64,000 nt of DNA from the NCBI GenBank assembly GCA_030324005.1, contig JARDVH010000167.1, positions 1,494,730 through 1,558,729 of the forward strand, given 5' to 3'. A model generated the notes under the pieces. The model had not been told where the DNA came from. It searched no databases and worked only from the letters and a program-made list of their open reading frames with translations. The stretch comes from Negaprion brevirostris (Eukaryota). Every line of letters starts with the position of its first letter. Positions within the stretch are counted from its first letter, which is position 1. Positions 13,451 through 26,625 of the stretch are shown one piece after another. The translations under genes and the position numbers were made by a program.

Positions 13451-16079
13451 GGAAAATAAAGGTCTGTAGACCCATTAGTTTTGTTTTAAAGTGGTCCTTT
13501 CACTTGTTGTACAAAGGCAGGGTTAGCAGGAATATACCCTCCTCTGTATCACAATCTAGTCAACATCCTATAGCCTGGCAAATTATGGACTGAAGAACAG
13601 GGCTACAGGGAGCAACAAGACTCCCAATGGTCATAGGCTGCACCAAACCTCCAAATCATGCAAAACCGTTACCAGTTCAGCCTTACATACGCTACTCCTG
13701 AATTTAAATGGATTTTTGGAGCAGTTTGTTCCAACAAACCAAAATCTCAATGTTCCCGTGTTGATAGAATAAGTACAAGTTTAAAGAAAAGAATCCGCAC
13801 GGATTTGCACGAATGAAGGCTCACAGTCAGTGATAGCTGTGACATGAATGTGTATATTGGAAAGGATGGCTCTGTGGTGCGACTGGAAGCAGAGACGGGG
13901 CACTTCCTCTTTCTCTTTTCTTTGGTTCTTTCTATTCTTTTATTTATTTCATGTTTCTCGCTTTTTTCTCAAAAATTGCTTACTGAAGGAATTTGATTCC
14001 TGCTGAAAAAAGATCAAGTGATGGACAATTAAACTGTGAATTATGAAATACTTGTAAAGTTTTGTTGAGGAACTTGCGACTGTTGTGACATAATTTTACT
14101 TTGACAGGGCCTATGAATATGCAATTTTGTCAAAATTCAGTCAGGGTCGGGGAGGGTGGCCAGGTATGCAAAGTTGCAAAACTTTCCTTGCAAGAGGAGA
14201 GGCTTGGGTGGCTACCATGTGTCAGGCTCCTCTGATGTGAGCCCAGAAGTCTTGGCAGTAACTCCAACCCTAGGTGAGCAAGGCAAGCTGCAAGCAGCAA
14301 CTTGAAATTGGATAGTGCCTTTCAACTGTTCCACCATAACTGAGTGGGAATTCTAAGAACTCAGGAGCTTATGGTCAAAGGTTTTGAGGAGGCTTCAGAA
14401 GTGTGAAGAGATGTGTTGAAATGTTTGAGAGTGAAAGTGAGCAGCATTTGGTAGGTAGACCATTGTTAACAAATGGTGAAGAGGAGGAGGGAGGAGCACA
14501 CTGCAGAGCAGAGTTAGAACAGAGGTTATGAGCCCATACGTAGGTAAGCTGGAAGGCTGCGGAGAGATTTGTAAGTCTGGATGGAGATTTTGAAATCAAT
14601 ATGTTTGAGGGGGAAAAAACAAGGCAAAGGATGTTTCATAAATAATGAAAGGGCATTCTTTAGTTGTCTATCCTTTTGAGAATACAGGAATGTTGTCTTG
14701 CTTTGTACTATTTTCAAACTTGGTAATTCTCAGAATTTCAGAATCTTTACAAAATTCCTTTTGCAGATGTTAATGACAGAGAGGTTCAAAGGTCACATAG
14801 TTGAAAGGTTACCAGCAATGTGCGAAGCTCATCAGAGAAAGCAGAAGAGATAAAGGAGCCAAGTCTTGGAAAAGGGGCAATTGTCAGTTGAACAAAGGGA
14901 CGATGGTTACATGCCCCTCTAAATTTCAACTCGGAATCTCACAATTGCCCCTCATGTTCTCTCCTCCCTCTCATACTTCACATCTGCTCACACCTTCTGA
15001 TCTCTCTGGCTGGGCCTTTCTCCTCCCAAAATCCAGAATGCCAGAGCTTGGTCTGGAATTGAAGGTTGATTTTTGACCCAGATTTTCCCCACACACACAG
15101 TAATTTTACACGTGACCTTTTTTTTGTTTATTTTGCGCATGCTGATTGAGTGTGTGAATTTTAGAAATTAAATAAATCATTTCCCCTTGATACCTTTTTT
15201 GAGTAACTGAATCACTGACCCATACATACCAGTAAGATCCCAGGTCTCATCTCGGGTATGTGGTAAATGAACTGAATAGAGAGGCTATTAGCCAGAGAGT
15301 GGAAACATCTGAGAGTTTCTTGGTCACAAAGACTTTTGGAGGGAAGCACAAGATAGTACCCTAGCACTCAGAAAAATTATGCTGAAAGCAGCAATTCCTG
15401 ATCCGGGGAATAGCTTAGGGAATCAGATTTGAATTTCCTGCCACTGTTTGCTCACCCCCGCCACTGCTGCAGGGAATCATGTAGCTGGAATGTACGAGAC
15501 AGGGAAGGCTGAGAAGTCAGGAAGCAGCGGGGGAGAGTAAAATCAGAAGTATGGGAATGGTCAGGAGGTGGGCTAGGCAGGGAACTGAGAAAGGAATGGG
15601 AATGGGGGAGGGCTGGAGACTGGGGAATTGGGAAATTGTGGGGCAGATGGAGATTGAGGAATGGGGATCAGGAGGCGATAAGGGGCTCAGAGGATGAAAG
15701 GAGGAATTCAGGACTACAAAAATTGAGAAATGCAACTCAGTAGTTGGGGAGTATAGATGGGTGAGAACCAGCATTTACTCCATGGCCGGGAATAGTAGCA
15801 ACGGCAGGGAGTATAACTGGGAAAGCAGCAGCCAGTAACAGGGTGCATGAAACTTTGGGACCTTACTGTGCATAAATAGAGAATAATTTTCACAATGTGT
15901 GAAGACAGAAAATTTGCACTGCAAGAACTCAGGAGAAAGGAGTGAGGAAGGTTCCTGAACTGGAAACTTCACCATATCTGGCTATTGAGGTGGAGACTAA
16001 AATAGAATTTAGAAAGGAAAAAGACAAATATTAGAAAAGGAGCAATATGAGAAGATCTGAAAGGAAGAGGGTCAGAACT

Positions 16080-16305
16080 CATAAGAACATAAGAAATAGG
16101 AGCAGGAGTCGGCCATCTAGCCCTTCGAGCCTGCCCCGCCATTCAATAAGATCATNNNNNNNNNNNNNNNNNNCTTTTAAGAGACTTCTGGATGAGTACA
16201 TGGGATTTAATGGGATTGAGCATTATAGATAGGCCTGGTAGGTAGGGATAGGATTGGCGCAACTTGTTGGGCTGAAGGGCCTGTTTGTGCCATAGTGTTC
16301 TATTA
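16080..16305. mobile_element. Two CR1 tails in opposite orientation separated by a short gap
   Basis: A minus-strand tail at 16080-16155 and a plus-strand tail of another subfamily at 16174-16305. Confidence 0.75.
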
Positions 16306-16456
16306 AGATTGATCCTGCAATAATTTCGAAATCTTGGTGCTGATCTGAGTTTAGAATGACGTGTTTGGTGAGATCATTGTGTGATCTATCTGTTCTGTCC
16401 AGTTTGGACTCCACTAGTTGATTTTACTGCGTGAAGCTCAAGTACAGATCACAGCA

Positions 16457-16776
16457 ATCATGGAAATCATAGAAACCCTATTGTGCAGAAGGGGGCCATT
16501 TGGCCCATCAAGTCTGCACTGACAACAATCCCACCTATGCCCTATCCCCACTAATCCCTCTCATCTACGCATCCTGGGACACTGAGGGGCAATTTAGCGT
16601 TGCACCTAACCCACACATTTGAATTGTGGGAAGAAACTGGAGCACCCAGGGGAAACCCACACAGACACAGGGAGAATGTGCAAACTCCACACGGACAGTG
16701 ACCCAAGCCAGGAATCAAACCCAGGTCCATGTCACTGTGAGGCAGCAGCACTGACCATTGTGTCACTGTGCTGCCC
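16457..16776 (-). mobile_element. HE1/V-SINE, full length
   Basis: Reverse complement has the same head, V-domain and tail as 25123-25420. Confidence 0.88.
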
Positions 16777-17129
16777 AGCTGTGAATCATCACTATCACAC
16801 AGAAACAGACAGGGAGAGCGATTGGGTCTGTTAAAAGTGGTTTAGACTGTGGAGCCTGACTGCAAACTATACATTGTAGAGAGGTTCTGTCTGGATCATA
16901 AGAAATTATAGGATTAATACAAGTTATGAATAGGTCATTATGTTATTACTTACTGCCAGTTACATGGAGACTATCAGCAAATTGTTTTGCTATTGTTACA
17001 AAGGGAATCTGTGCGTTACCAATGTTATTTATTCTTATCAATGCAATTTCAGTGTTACTATTAATTATTGGTGGAGTCAAAGTTTCTCCAACAATTTGTT
17101 TCCCCTGGGGGAATTGCACTTCACCCAAT

Positions 17130-17566
17130 GTTTCTTTTCTCCTCCTCTCTCAGATGCCTTCTCCTCTGCCTTCATTTTCTCCTTTCCCCAACTTCACTTT
17201 CACCTGTTCCACACCCTTCATTTTCTCTCATCTACATACCTCTTCTTTGCCCTCAGTTTTCCTTCCTTACCCCCTCCCTCCATCATTACCCCTCCACCCT
17301 CCCTCCATTCCTCTCTTTCCAGATCTCAGATTCCTCTCTGTCCCTCTTCTCTGTGCTTGGGTCCCCCGCTTTCCACGCCTCCTCTTCCCTGCATTTGATT
17401 CCACTTTTCCTAACCTCTGCATCACCTTTTCCCCACCCTTGATTCCCCTACTTTCCCTCAACCCTCCACTTTGCTGTCTCCTGTGCTCTCTAGCACCCCC
17501 TCACTCAGTTTCTCTGCTTCCTCACCCTTGCTTCTTCTCTTCTCTGCCTTCCATTTTTTTCTCTTG
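17130..17566. repeat. Polypyrimidine (C/T) low-complexity tract running into a gap
   Basis: Strongly C/T-biased on the + strand. Confidence 0.85.
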
Positions 17567-18064
17567 NNNNNNNNNNNNNNNNNNNNNNNNNNNNNNNNNN
17601 NNNNNNNNNNNNNNNNNNNNNNNNNNNNNNNNNNNNNNNNNNNNNNNNNNNNNNNNNNNNNNNNNNNNNNNNNNNNNNNNNNNNNNNNNCCTTTGATTCA
17701 GTAGAGGGGAATATGTGGCCACAAGCTTCAGCTGATACTTGGAACTCAGCTTTCACTCATTTGTAGAACTTTACATAAGTCTGTTTCAAACTCCAGAGGC
17801 TCTAGTCTGGTAAGAGAAGAAAACCACAAGACAAATTTAAAGGAATGAAAAAGTTTGAAAAGGTGGATAGGGACAAAAGTTTATTAAGCTTCTGTACAGT
17901 ATTAAAATTGATCTCTAGCCCACTAAGGTTATTTGCCATGGCCAAATGGGCAGGCCAAGATGAGGAGAAGGGAACTGCAGTTGCCAGCATGAGTCTGTAG
18001 ACAAGAAATGATGAAGTAAAGTGTTAGATTTCTGTTTGATGGTTGCTGAGGTTAATTATTGGAT

Positions 18065-19705
18065 CATAAGAAGCAGGAGCAGAGTAAGCCATTTGGCCAA
18101 TCAAGCATGCTCCAGCATGCAATAAGAACATGGCTGATCTGACTGTGGGCCTAATTCTGCTTTCCTGCTTGTCCCCCATAATGTTTGGCTCTCTGTTGAT
18201 CAAAAATCTGCTGCACTCAACACTGAAAATATTCAATGACTCAGCATCTACTGCCCTCTGTGGAAGACCCATGAGAGAAGAAATTCCTCCTCATCCCTCT
18301 ATTGAATAGGACACTGCTTATTTTTAAACTGTACCCCTGGTTCTGGATTCTCTCACAAAAGGAAATATCATCTCACCATCAATCCGTCAAACTGTTCATG
18401 GTTCAATTAGACCACCTCGTGTTCTTCTAAACTAGAGTGATTTTAAGCCCAAGCTGCTCAACCTTTCCTCACAAAACAACACCTTCATCTCGGGAATAAG
18501 TATGGTGAACATTCTCTGAACTGCTTCTAATGCAAGAATATTCCTCCTTAAATAGGTGGAACCGAAACAAAACTGTGCATTGTACTCCAGGTATGGTCTC
18601 ATTGACATTTTGTACAATTATAGCAAGACTTCCTCACTTTTATGCTCCATCTCCCTTGCCATGAAGGTCAAAATTTCTGTTGCCTTCCTAATTACTTGCT
18701 GTACCTGCAGGCTAACCTTTTTGTGATTAGTACACAAGGTCACCCAGATAGATCCCTCTGTGCTGCAAAATTGAGTAGTCTCTCTTGTGGGATTTTCCAC
18801 ACTACCCACAGCAGCAGAGGTGACCCACCATTGGCCAGCAGCAAGATCTTCTGGTCCCACCATTGTCAATGGGGTTTCCCATTGAATGAGCCCTTGCACC
18901 CGAGAAATCAAAGGCAGGGGGCACACTGTGAACAGTCAGCAAATTCCAGCCAATGAAAGTAATATTCTATTTTCGTATTCTTCTTGCCAAAGCTTTTCAC
19001 ATTATACTGCATCTACCATTTTTTTGTCCACTCACTTAACTTTCTACGTCCCTTTATATCATCAGCAAATTTGGCAACAATACAGTTAGTCCCTTGATCC
19101 AAGTCATAAACATAGATTGTAAATAATTGCAGACCCAGCACTGATCCCTGCACTCATTATCATTTCCCATTCTGAAAATGATTGATTTACACCAACACTC
19201 TTTTTCCCATTTGTTAGGCAATTCTCTCTCCATATTAATATATCGTCCCCTTCATCATGAGTTCTTATCTTGTACAGCAACCTTTTATTTGGCACCCAAG
19301 TAAATCTCTTTTGGAAATCCAGATGCCCTACATCTACTGGTTTCCCTTTATCCACCCTTCTTCTTGCATCCTCAAAGAACTCTAATAAATTTGTCAAACA
19401 CAATTTTCATTTCACAAAAGCATTTTGGCTTTGCCTGATTGTATTGTGATTGTCTAACTGTCCTTCTGTTACCTCCTTAAGAATGATCCTAATATTTTCC
19501 CAATGACAGATGTTGGACCAGATGGCCTATAGTTTTGTGCTTTCTGTCTTCCTCCTTTCCTGAATAGTGATGTTACATTGATGGTTTTCTATTCCACTGG
19601 GACCTTTCCAAAACCTCAAATTTTGGAACGTTACAATCAATGCATCCACTATCTCTGTAGCCACTTCCTTTAAGATCCAAGGATGTAGGCCGATGTCAGC
19701 CTTTA
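18065..19705 (-). mobile_element. Decayed CR1 LINE (RT plus 3' end), interrupted by a MITE-like insert at ~18788-18950
   Basis: Minus-strand reads CLTNLLEFFED...VDKGKPVDV.LDFQK and RPYLEY...LEAVQRMFT; CR1 tail at the left end. Confidence 0.88.
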
Positions 19706-20551
19706 CTCTCATCAGTTCTCTTCCGACATGGCATTGCATGTGACACTTGTATATTTATACCTTCCTTTTGTTTGATTGCACCTCTGTGACACTTCTAGAT
19801 CCAAATGCATTTCATAAACTTGTCTTTTTGGTTTTGTTGCCCTCTGTGTTGCTCCCCAGCACCATTCCCTGCCTGGAAGAAGATGCAGCCAGGTTTCAGA
19901 CCTTGGCTGGCTATTTCTGACCCTGCAAATGGCTAAGCTGTATACAGCCTGAGCTACAAGTCTGTAGATGGCACAGCAGCTGTCCTTCTGCTGAACCACA
20001 GTCCTGAAAAGCATCTTTCCCAGATAGGTCCACAAAAACAGCAGGTGACATCTTGGAAGGTGTGGTCCAACAGTTAACATTGGTTATCCATCACCTTTCA
20101 GGTGCCAGGTAAGGGATGGCATGATTCTAATTGAGATGCTTCTGAAATTCTTCCAGCAACATATTTCGTAGTAGTGCCACACCACACAGGCGTCTGCCTG
20201 TAAAGCCCTTTGAACCCATCTACCAAGTTGAAGAAGCGTGCAGGTGCTCTCAAGACCGTGGAAAGTCTCTCAGGCAGCTTGATCAATCTGTCGCCACACT
20301 GCAGTTCTACTTCTTTCAACACATCAGCTTGGAAGATCCCAAATTCCCTGGTGTAAATAAAAGTAACCTTGAAACAATGGAAATAAATCAAGGTCAAAAT
20401 GTCATCAGTAAATAACAAACAAAGAATGATCTCTTCAATAGGCCAAAACACTTACCTGGAAAATCTGCATATGTCTTTGAGTACCTTCTGCCTTCAGCCT
20501 GCTTGAGGCCTCCCATCCTATTAGGTTTTCATTGGTTTGATGAAGACACAA

Positions 20552-21112
20552 GGCGGAATTTTACGAGATTTTTTTCTAAGTGTCGGATGGACATGAAACT
20601 GGGAGAGTTCCAGATCCATTTTTGGGTGCATTTTCAGGTCCAGTGTTATGCACTCTGTCTGTAAAGTTTTGGACTGGCCTGTTTCTGGCCAGAGAAGCTG
20701 TGAGTGGAGCTTAAAATGCTTGAGAGCCTGTAGAGAGAGGTAGTGCACATGTGTGCAGACCTCTGATGCTGCACGTGTCTGATAGACAAAGAGAGAGCTA
20801 TCAGGCTCCTTCTACTGCAGACAGCCTCAAGCAGCTCACCACTCCAGCAAACATGGGGGCCCTGCCTCCCAACAGGCCCCACCCCAATGAGCCCATCCTC
20901 CATTGACACACTCTGGCCCTGCCTGGCGGGCATTGCCCAGGTGCCAAGTTGCCAGGCTGGCATTGCAAAGGTGCACAGGGGCACTGCCAATCTGGCACTG
21001 CCCAAGGGACACCCCCATCCTTGCCGTCGGCTTCCCCAGGGTTCCATTTCAACGTGCTTCTCATTCAATGCACTATCTTGAAATGCAACAGCTGTTGTGT
21101 TGGAAAATCCAG
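20552..21112. mobile_element. GC-rich non-autonomous DNA-transposon/MITE-like element; related TIR-type inserts at ~10690-10800, ~10882-11016, ~18788-18950, ~42628-43285, ~44166-44686 and ~45640-45930
   Basis: Imperfect terminal inverted ends of the gg..gaatttt/gatttt ... aaaatcc/aaattc type; internal tgcc/ggca repeats; abrupt GC shift. Confidence 0.5.
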
Positions 21113-23108
21113 TTGTCAGTTTTAAAATGGCAACACCCCATTAAAACAACAATCAGACCGATTACTGCTTTGTTCATATTGTTTGAGGGAAGAATATTGC
21201 CCACAAGCCGAGAGAGCTTCTTGCTGCTCTTTTAGTTACGTCGTGGGAGATTCAACATCCACAAGGGCTTTCTGAACAAGCAGACAGGGCTTTGGAGCAA
21301 CATCTCATCTGAAGAGTGGCACTTCCAACATTGCAGCACACCTTTAGTATTAGAGTGGCAGCCCAAATACTGGACTGCACCCTGGAAAGGGACTTGCCTC
21401 CAGACTCAATGACAGAGCTAAATGTGGTTAGTAAAAGATACCTTTGGAGTAGTATAAATTTGAAAGGTATACCATAAGGAGGCTGTAGATCTTCCATATG
21501 ACAAAGTGACCAGTCAGTTACAGCCACTTCCTGGGAAACACTATTGAATATTTCATCACTAAGATCCAGTCAAGTGATTTCATCTTCAGTTGCAACTGAC
21601 CTTTCTAACACATGGGGGAGTGAATGTTCTGTGAAATATCATTCCAGATCCCAAACTGTGCTTGTGCTTCAGACAGAGGTCTCTGACAGCACCTGGCACA
21701 GGCTTTTCCCTGGAGAGTAGGAGGCACTCTGTTTGTTATCTGGGCGCACAGCACCTGATTGGGCCACAAAATGTCACTAATGAGTTCCACGGCACTGCCT
21801 CACATCATTAAGTGTTATTTTTCACCTGCGAATTAGACTTTTTGATTTTCATAGAAGATGGGGGAGGGGAGGAGTGTTTTCTTGATTTAGGAGTGTGCCT
21901 CACCCTTTGTCTTTGTTTTTCTGCAATTTTCTCCCTCCCCAAAGGTGTTAGCAAGCAAATGTGCAGTTCCACACCTGCGATACCTCACCCAAGTGGCTGC
22001 TCTTCCGACGTGAATCTACAGCCTCTTACAACATCATAACAAGGAAACCAAATCCTCCACTTTGCAACACATGGACTTGCTGACACCAGTTATAATGACC
22101 ATGCTGTTGCCTTAAGTGTGATTCAGCATACATCACATTCAAGACATTCAGAATGTGCATAGCTCAGTGTCACACTTGGTGGTGCATTTTGCAACTCAAG
22201 GCAACATGCATTCTTGTTTCCAACGATTTTCAGAAAGCAGATAATCATGAGATGACGACCTGGTGTTAATTTTGATTAGGTTTGGGTTGGGAGGTTGACA
22301 GGAAGGTAAAGGTAATTCAGTTTTAAAAGCTTGTAGACTTTATGATCATGAAAGGAATTTAAAGACATTTACTCTGCTTCTGCATGAAAGGGACGAGAAC
22401 ATGGGAAAAGACACTATCTGCAAGATGGAACTCATTACCTATCATTAGTATCTTAAACTGGAACAGAAGTTAGTTCCAAAATCGTTTCAAGATTTTAACT
22501 GGATTTCTTCCTTGGTTGGTTAAAACTAATTGGGAAATCATTTTAATCCAACCTACCCAGCAGGAATTGCCAGAGTGAAATTGGATGCCAATTTTACACT
22601 TTGCCCAATGTTACTTTGCATTGAATCAATGTCTTCCTGTTAAACTGAGCCCATAAACAAATCAAACACAACAATGTCATTATGCTCCAGTTTGTACTCT
22701 GTTGTGGGTTAGCTGGAAGCCAGTTTGAGTGCAGAATTGCACATCCTAAAGTGCATTGCAGAATAGCTTACATGTCATTCCCTGACTTGAGTATGAACTC
22801 TGAGATGACTTCTACACTCATTAATGAATCAGCCTGAAAACTCACTGAGTAGAAACTTTAAATCCAGCCTGCTGTGAGAGGCTGTTGTTGCTAAACCAGA
22901 GTCGTACACCATCATTGTATGACCATTGGTCCACAGAACTGAACGCTTCCCTAGTTCAGGTTTGACTCATTAAAATGGCAGGATGCTTAACCCTAGTGTT
23001 CCATTTGTGGATCTAAAATGGATCCAGAGTCATTCCAGATTTTCAGGAATGTCTAACATCATGCTATAATCAAAGTACAAGACAAAGAGTCGTTGAGTAG
23101 TTCCTTAC

Positions 23109-23182
23109 CTGCACATCACTTCATGTGTGAGGAGTACCCGNNNNNNNNNNNNNNNTTTATTTTGACCCTCGTAGATTATTGG
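23109..23182 (-). CDS. EBF2: EBF/COE coding exon 5 (74 nt): PIIYEGQNK[15 N; expected NPEMC]RVLLTHEVMC(S)
   Basis: Acceptor ctattgcag| and donor CAG|gtaagg. The 15-N gap at 23141-23155 equals exactly five codons, where the family has NPEMC. Holds the first half of the zinc knuckle (H...C). Confidence 0.94.
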
Positions 23183-23897
23183 CTGCAATAGAAGTTAGAG
23201 AATGGTTGGTAACCTCCAAAGCACATAAAAGGTAAAGAAAATTAGAAGCAGGGGGAATCTTCAGGCTCAAAATCTAGCCCATCATTCCCACCAGATCCTT
23301 CAATCCTTACTCTCTGCAGATATACGTCTAATCATGTCTGTCTACTTCAAGGCTGTTCCTTGATAACTTGTTTTGTGGTTCAGGTGAACATATCATGCCT
23401 GACCTCCCTGCTAATTTGTGGGCGTGATATTTGAGTTCTTCACAACAGTGAATCATTTGAATGACCCAAATTGCCAGTTTTCTTTATAATCTTGAAAACT
23501 TTATTTGAGTTTCTTTAACTCTGTTTTTTCCAAAGAATGTCAGTTTAACTTTCTGATCATTTCCTGAAAATCAAAGTATCCTGAAACCTGGAATAATTTT
23601 GATTGTCTGCCTCTGCATCCTCACATTGCCAGTGACATCTCTCCAATTGTTTATTGACCAAATAGGGTCTGATCCATAGTTTGTAAAGTAGTAATGCAAA
23701 CTCTTATATGCATACTCTTAATACGTGAAATAAAGAAATGAATTAATAGGACTAAGAAATTGATTCATATTTGACAAAGCAAATGGATCAGAGGTTTACA
23801 ATCAGTGATTGATGCTTCCCTTCAGCAGCTTGGCAGAACTTTTCCTTGTTGAGATCAGGGGATAAGGTACACAGCTGTTAAATGTATCTAACACTTA

Positions 23898-24330
23898 GGG
23901 GACTCAGTAGTTCAGTGGCTTAGACACTATCCTTTCACCTCTGAGACCTGGGTTCCAATTCAACCCAGACTGATGGGATGAAAATTTCCTCTTGCTGTCA
24001 GCTATAACCATCCCCAAGTGAAATGAGATCTATCTGACTGTTGGCTGCAAGGGTCCCAAGTGAGATACGTTTTGGGGGAGTCACAACCCAGTTCCTAGTG
24101 GATGTGAGCCAACATCATAACGTGGCAATCTCACTCAGAGTGGCTCCAGGCATGGCTGGCATAGAAATAGCAGAAACTCACACTGGAGCTGTGGAGGGAT
24201 TTGTGCTTGGAAAGTTAGGCATTGTTAGGACAGAGCAGAGGGAATCTCTCCCTGTGTTCAAGCATGCTGTTCCACTTGTAATTGAGATTAACTTTGTACA
24301 GCTAAAAATGGGCATTCTTCAGCGCAAAAT
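23898..24330 (+). mobile_element. LF-SINE-like element in EBF intron 4
   Basis: Colinear blocks matching my recollection of the LF-SINE consensus: ggggact start, cctttcacctct, gtgaaatgag, ccagttcctagtgga, tggcaatctca, catgctgt. Confidence 0.7.
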
Positions 24331-24578
24331 AAATGAACAAATCAAACTCAAAATCTATCATGTTTGCATCACTGTAAATATCATTTCACACCAATTAGCA
24401 CCAAGTTGGCCCAAAGCAAAATCATCAGTGACATGTACATCATGAATCAAACATGTGTCAGTAGTTCTGATAAAAGACCATCAATCTGTAACATGAACTT
24501 TATTTCTCCTTCCTGGCCTGCTGAGAATTTCCAGCTAGATGTTGTTCAGATTTCCAAACCTGCATAATTTTGCTGTTT

Positions 24579-24780
24579 CGTAGAATCCCTACAGGGCAGA
24601 AGAAGGCCATTTGGCCCATTAAGTCTGCACCAACTGTCTGAAAAAGCATCTTACCCAAGTTCACTTCCCTGTCTTATCCCCATAACCCTGATATTTACCA
24701 TGGCTAATCCACCAAATCTACACATCTTTGGACAATATGGGGCAATTTGGCATAGCCTATCCACCAAACTACAAATCTTT
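24579..24780 (-). mobile_element. HE1/V-SINE 3' half
   Basis: tagaatccctacagggcagaagaaggccatttggccc...ggggcaatttggcatagcc. Confidence 0.75.
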
Positions 24781-25122
24781 TACAGATGTATATTAGGTTA
24801 CTGGTCACTGACAGTTCATCTGAAAATATTTGCCAGGTCAGTGCATTTATTTTCCATGAATCATAATGACTGATTCTTGCTGTAGATCACAATTAACAAT
24901 ATCCCTTTCTCCAGGTTACTACCCTCCTTTTTCAAAAGTGCTGATGACAGTTGGTGAGAACTTCAGTGTACCTTTCCTGAGATTAGGTTCAGCCAATGAC
25001 TGTCAATGAGATCTTTGAGCTGAGCCTGATTCTTTCTGTAGAAGCAAATCAGGAGCTGCTGAATAATAATCAAGAGTGGCAGGTAATTCTCCCTGGATCA
25101 GGGATGACCCATCTGACCTTTA

Positions 25123-25420
25123 GGGGTGGCACAGTGGTCAGCACTACGGCCTCACAGCACCAGAGACCAGGTTCGATTCCGGCCTCAGGTCACTGTCTGT
25201 GTGGAGTTTGCATGTTCTCCTCGTGTCTGCGTGGGTTTCCTCCCACAGGCCAAAGATGTGTGGATTAGGTTGATCGGCCATGCTAAATTGTCCCTGAATG
25301 TCAGGGGGATTGGCAGGGTAAATAAATGAGGTTGCGGGGAGCGGGCCTGGGTGGGATTATTGTTCGTGCAGGTTCTGTGGGTTAAAGGCCTCCTTCTGCT
25401 CTGTAGGATTCTCTGATTCT
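25123..25420 (+). mobile_element. HE1/V-SINE, near full length, CR1-type tail
   Basis: tRNA-like head (ggtggcacagtggtcagcac...ggttcgattcc), V-domain (gtgtggagtttgcatgttctcc..gtgtctgcgtgggtttcctcc) and tail ctgtaggattctctgattct. Confidence 0.88.
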
Positions 25421-26569
25421 CAGCCGCACACCCCCCACAGATGAACGAATTCAATGCAGACTAATTTACATATGCTACTCAGTTTTACACCGAGCAGTGT
25501 GTTTATCCTGGCAGCCATGTTTATCTCGGAATCAAGTGGGAAGTTTTCTAGTTTTCCATCTAATCCTAACCGCCCTTTCATTCCCGATTTTAATCCCTCC
25601 ACTGCTGACAGCTGCCTCGGCTCCAGCTCTGGAATTCCTTCCCTAAACTTCTCCGCGTCTCGACCTCACTCTCTTCTTGAAAGATGTTCCCGAAAAACCC
25701 TCCTCTTTGACCAAGCTTTTGGTCATCTGCACCAATATTGTTGTATCTGGTTTAATGTCAGATTTTGCTTCAGAATGTTTTGGGTTCAAGGCACCAAATA
25801 AATGCAAGTAGCTGGTGTACCTTTGACAGGTTCAGCAAAAATAATTAAAGCTGAATGCCATTCTTTGATGGAGTATTAGAACACTGAGCGAATGAAATGA
25901 GATTAAACTACAAATCAAATCAACATTTATCTCCTTGTCCCAACTGGTGTACACTTCACATCTCTCTCTGGTGAGCGGGGGAGTTTTTTCCATCTCTTCT
26001 TTTGTGGTGACATCATCTTTTAAATAGTTTTGAAGTTTAAAGTTCTTAAAGTTGGAAGTTTATTTATTCGAGTCACAAGTAAGCTTACATTAATACTGCA
26101 ATGAAGTCACTGTGAAAACCCCCCAGTCGCCACACTCCGGTGCCTGTTCGGGTACGCTGGGAGAATTTAGCACGGCCAATGCACTCGAACCAGCACGGCT
26201 TTCAGATTAGAGTTTTTCCTTTACTGGTTACAAGATCACAGGCAGACTCGGATGATGGACACCATTCTGATCCCACCTTTGTAGAATATCAGTCACACTG
26301 GTTTCCCATAACAACAGTAGGTCGGTAACAACCTCTACACGTGGAAGTGTCTGTTGTCTGTATTATGCAGTAACAGCCATGTTTTTAATAGTGACAATGT
26401 TAGATGATAAGGGGAATCAAATATGGCCTTGTACCGCTGCCGTTCAGTGTCAATTCCACCCAGTTGCTTCAGCATAGTGAGTTTGGGCGACATTTGGAGG
26501 GTCTTCTGCAATGCTTTTTTGGAGGGTCATTCATTGATCACACAGACTAAAAGGCAACACGATCTTTAC

Positions 26570-26625
26570 CTGCTTGGTGACAGAATCGATGAGTCGCACA
26601 TACAGGTCTTGTTCCGTCCGCATAC
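26570..26625 (-). CDS. EBF2: EBF/COE coding exon 4 (56 nt): (G)MRTEQDLYVRLIDSVTKQ
   Basis: Acceptor ttttgcgcag| and donor CAG|gtaaag. Conserved RTEQDLYVRLIDS.TKQ motif; frame is consistent with exons 3 and 5. Confidence 0.96.

Noticed and set aside
16926-17696. 256-aa ORF and overlapping ORFs
   Set aside because: Produced by a C/T low-complexity tract plus Ns; Pro/Ser/Leu/Phe-biased, with no domain.
23141-23155. Apparent disruption of EBF exon 5
   Set aside because: The 15 Ns preserve the frame and the expected 74-nt exon length; not a pseudogene lesion.
25123-25200. tRNA-like A/B boxes here and at ~16700, ~23900 and ~56080
   Set aside because: These are SINE heads and do not form complete cloverleaf tRNA genes.
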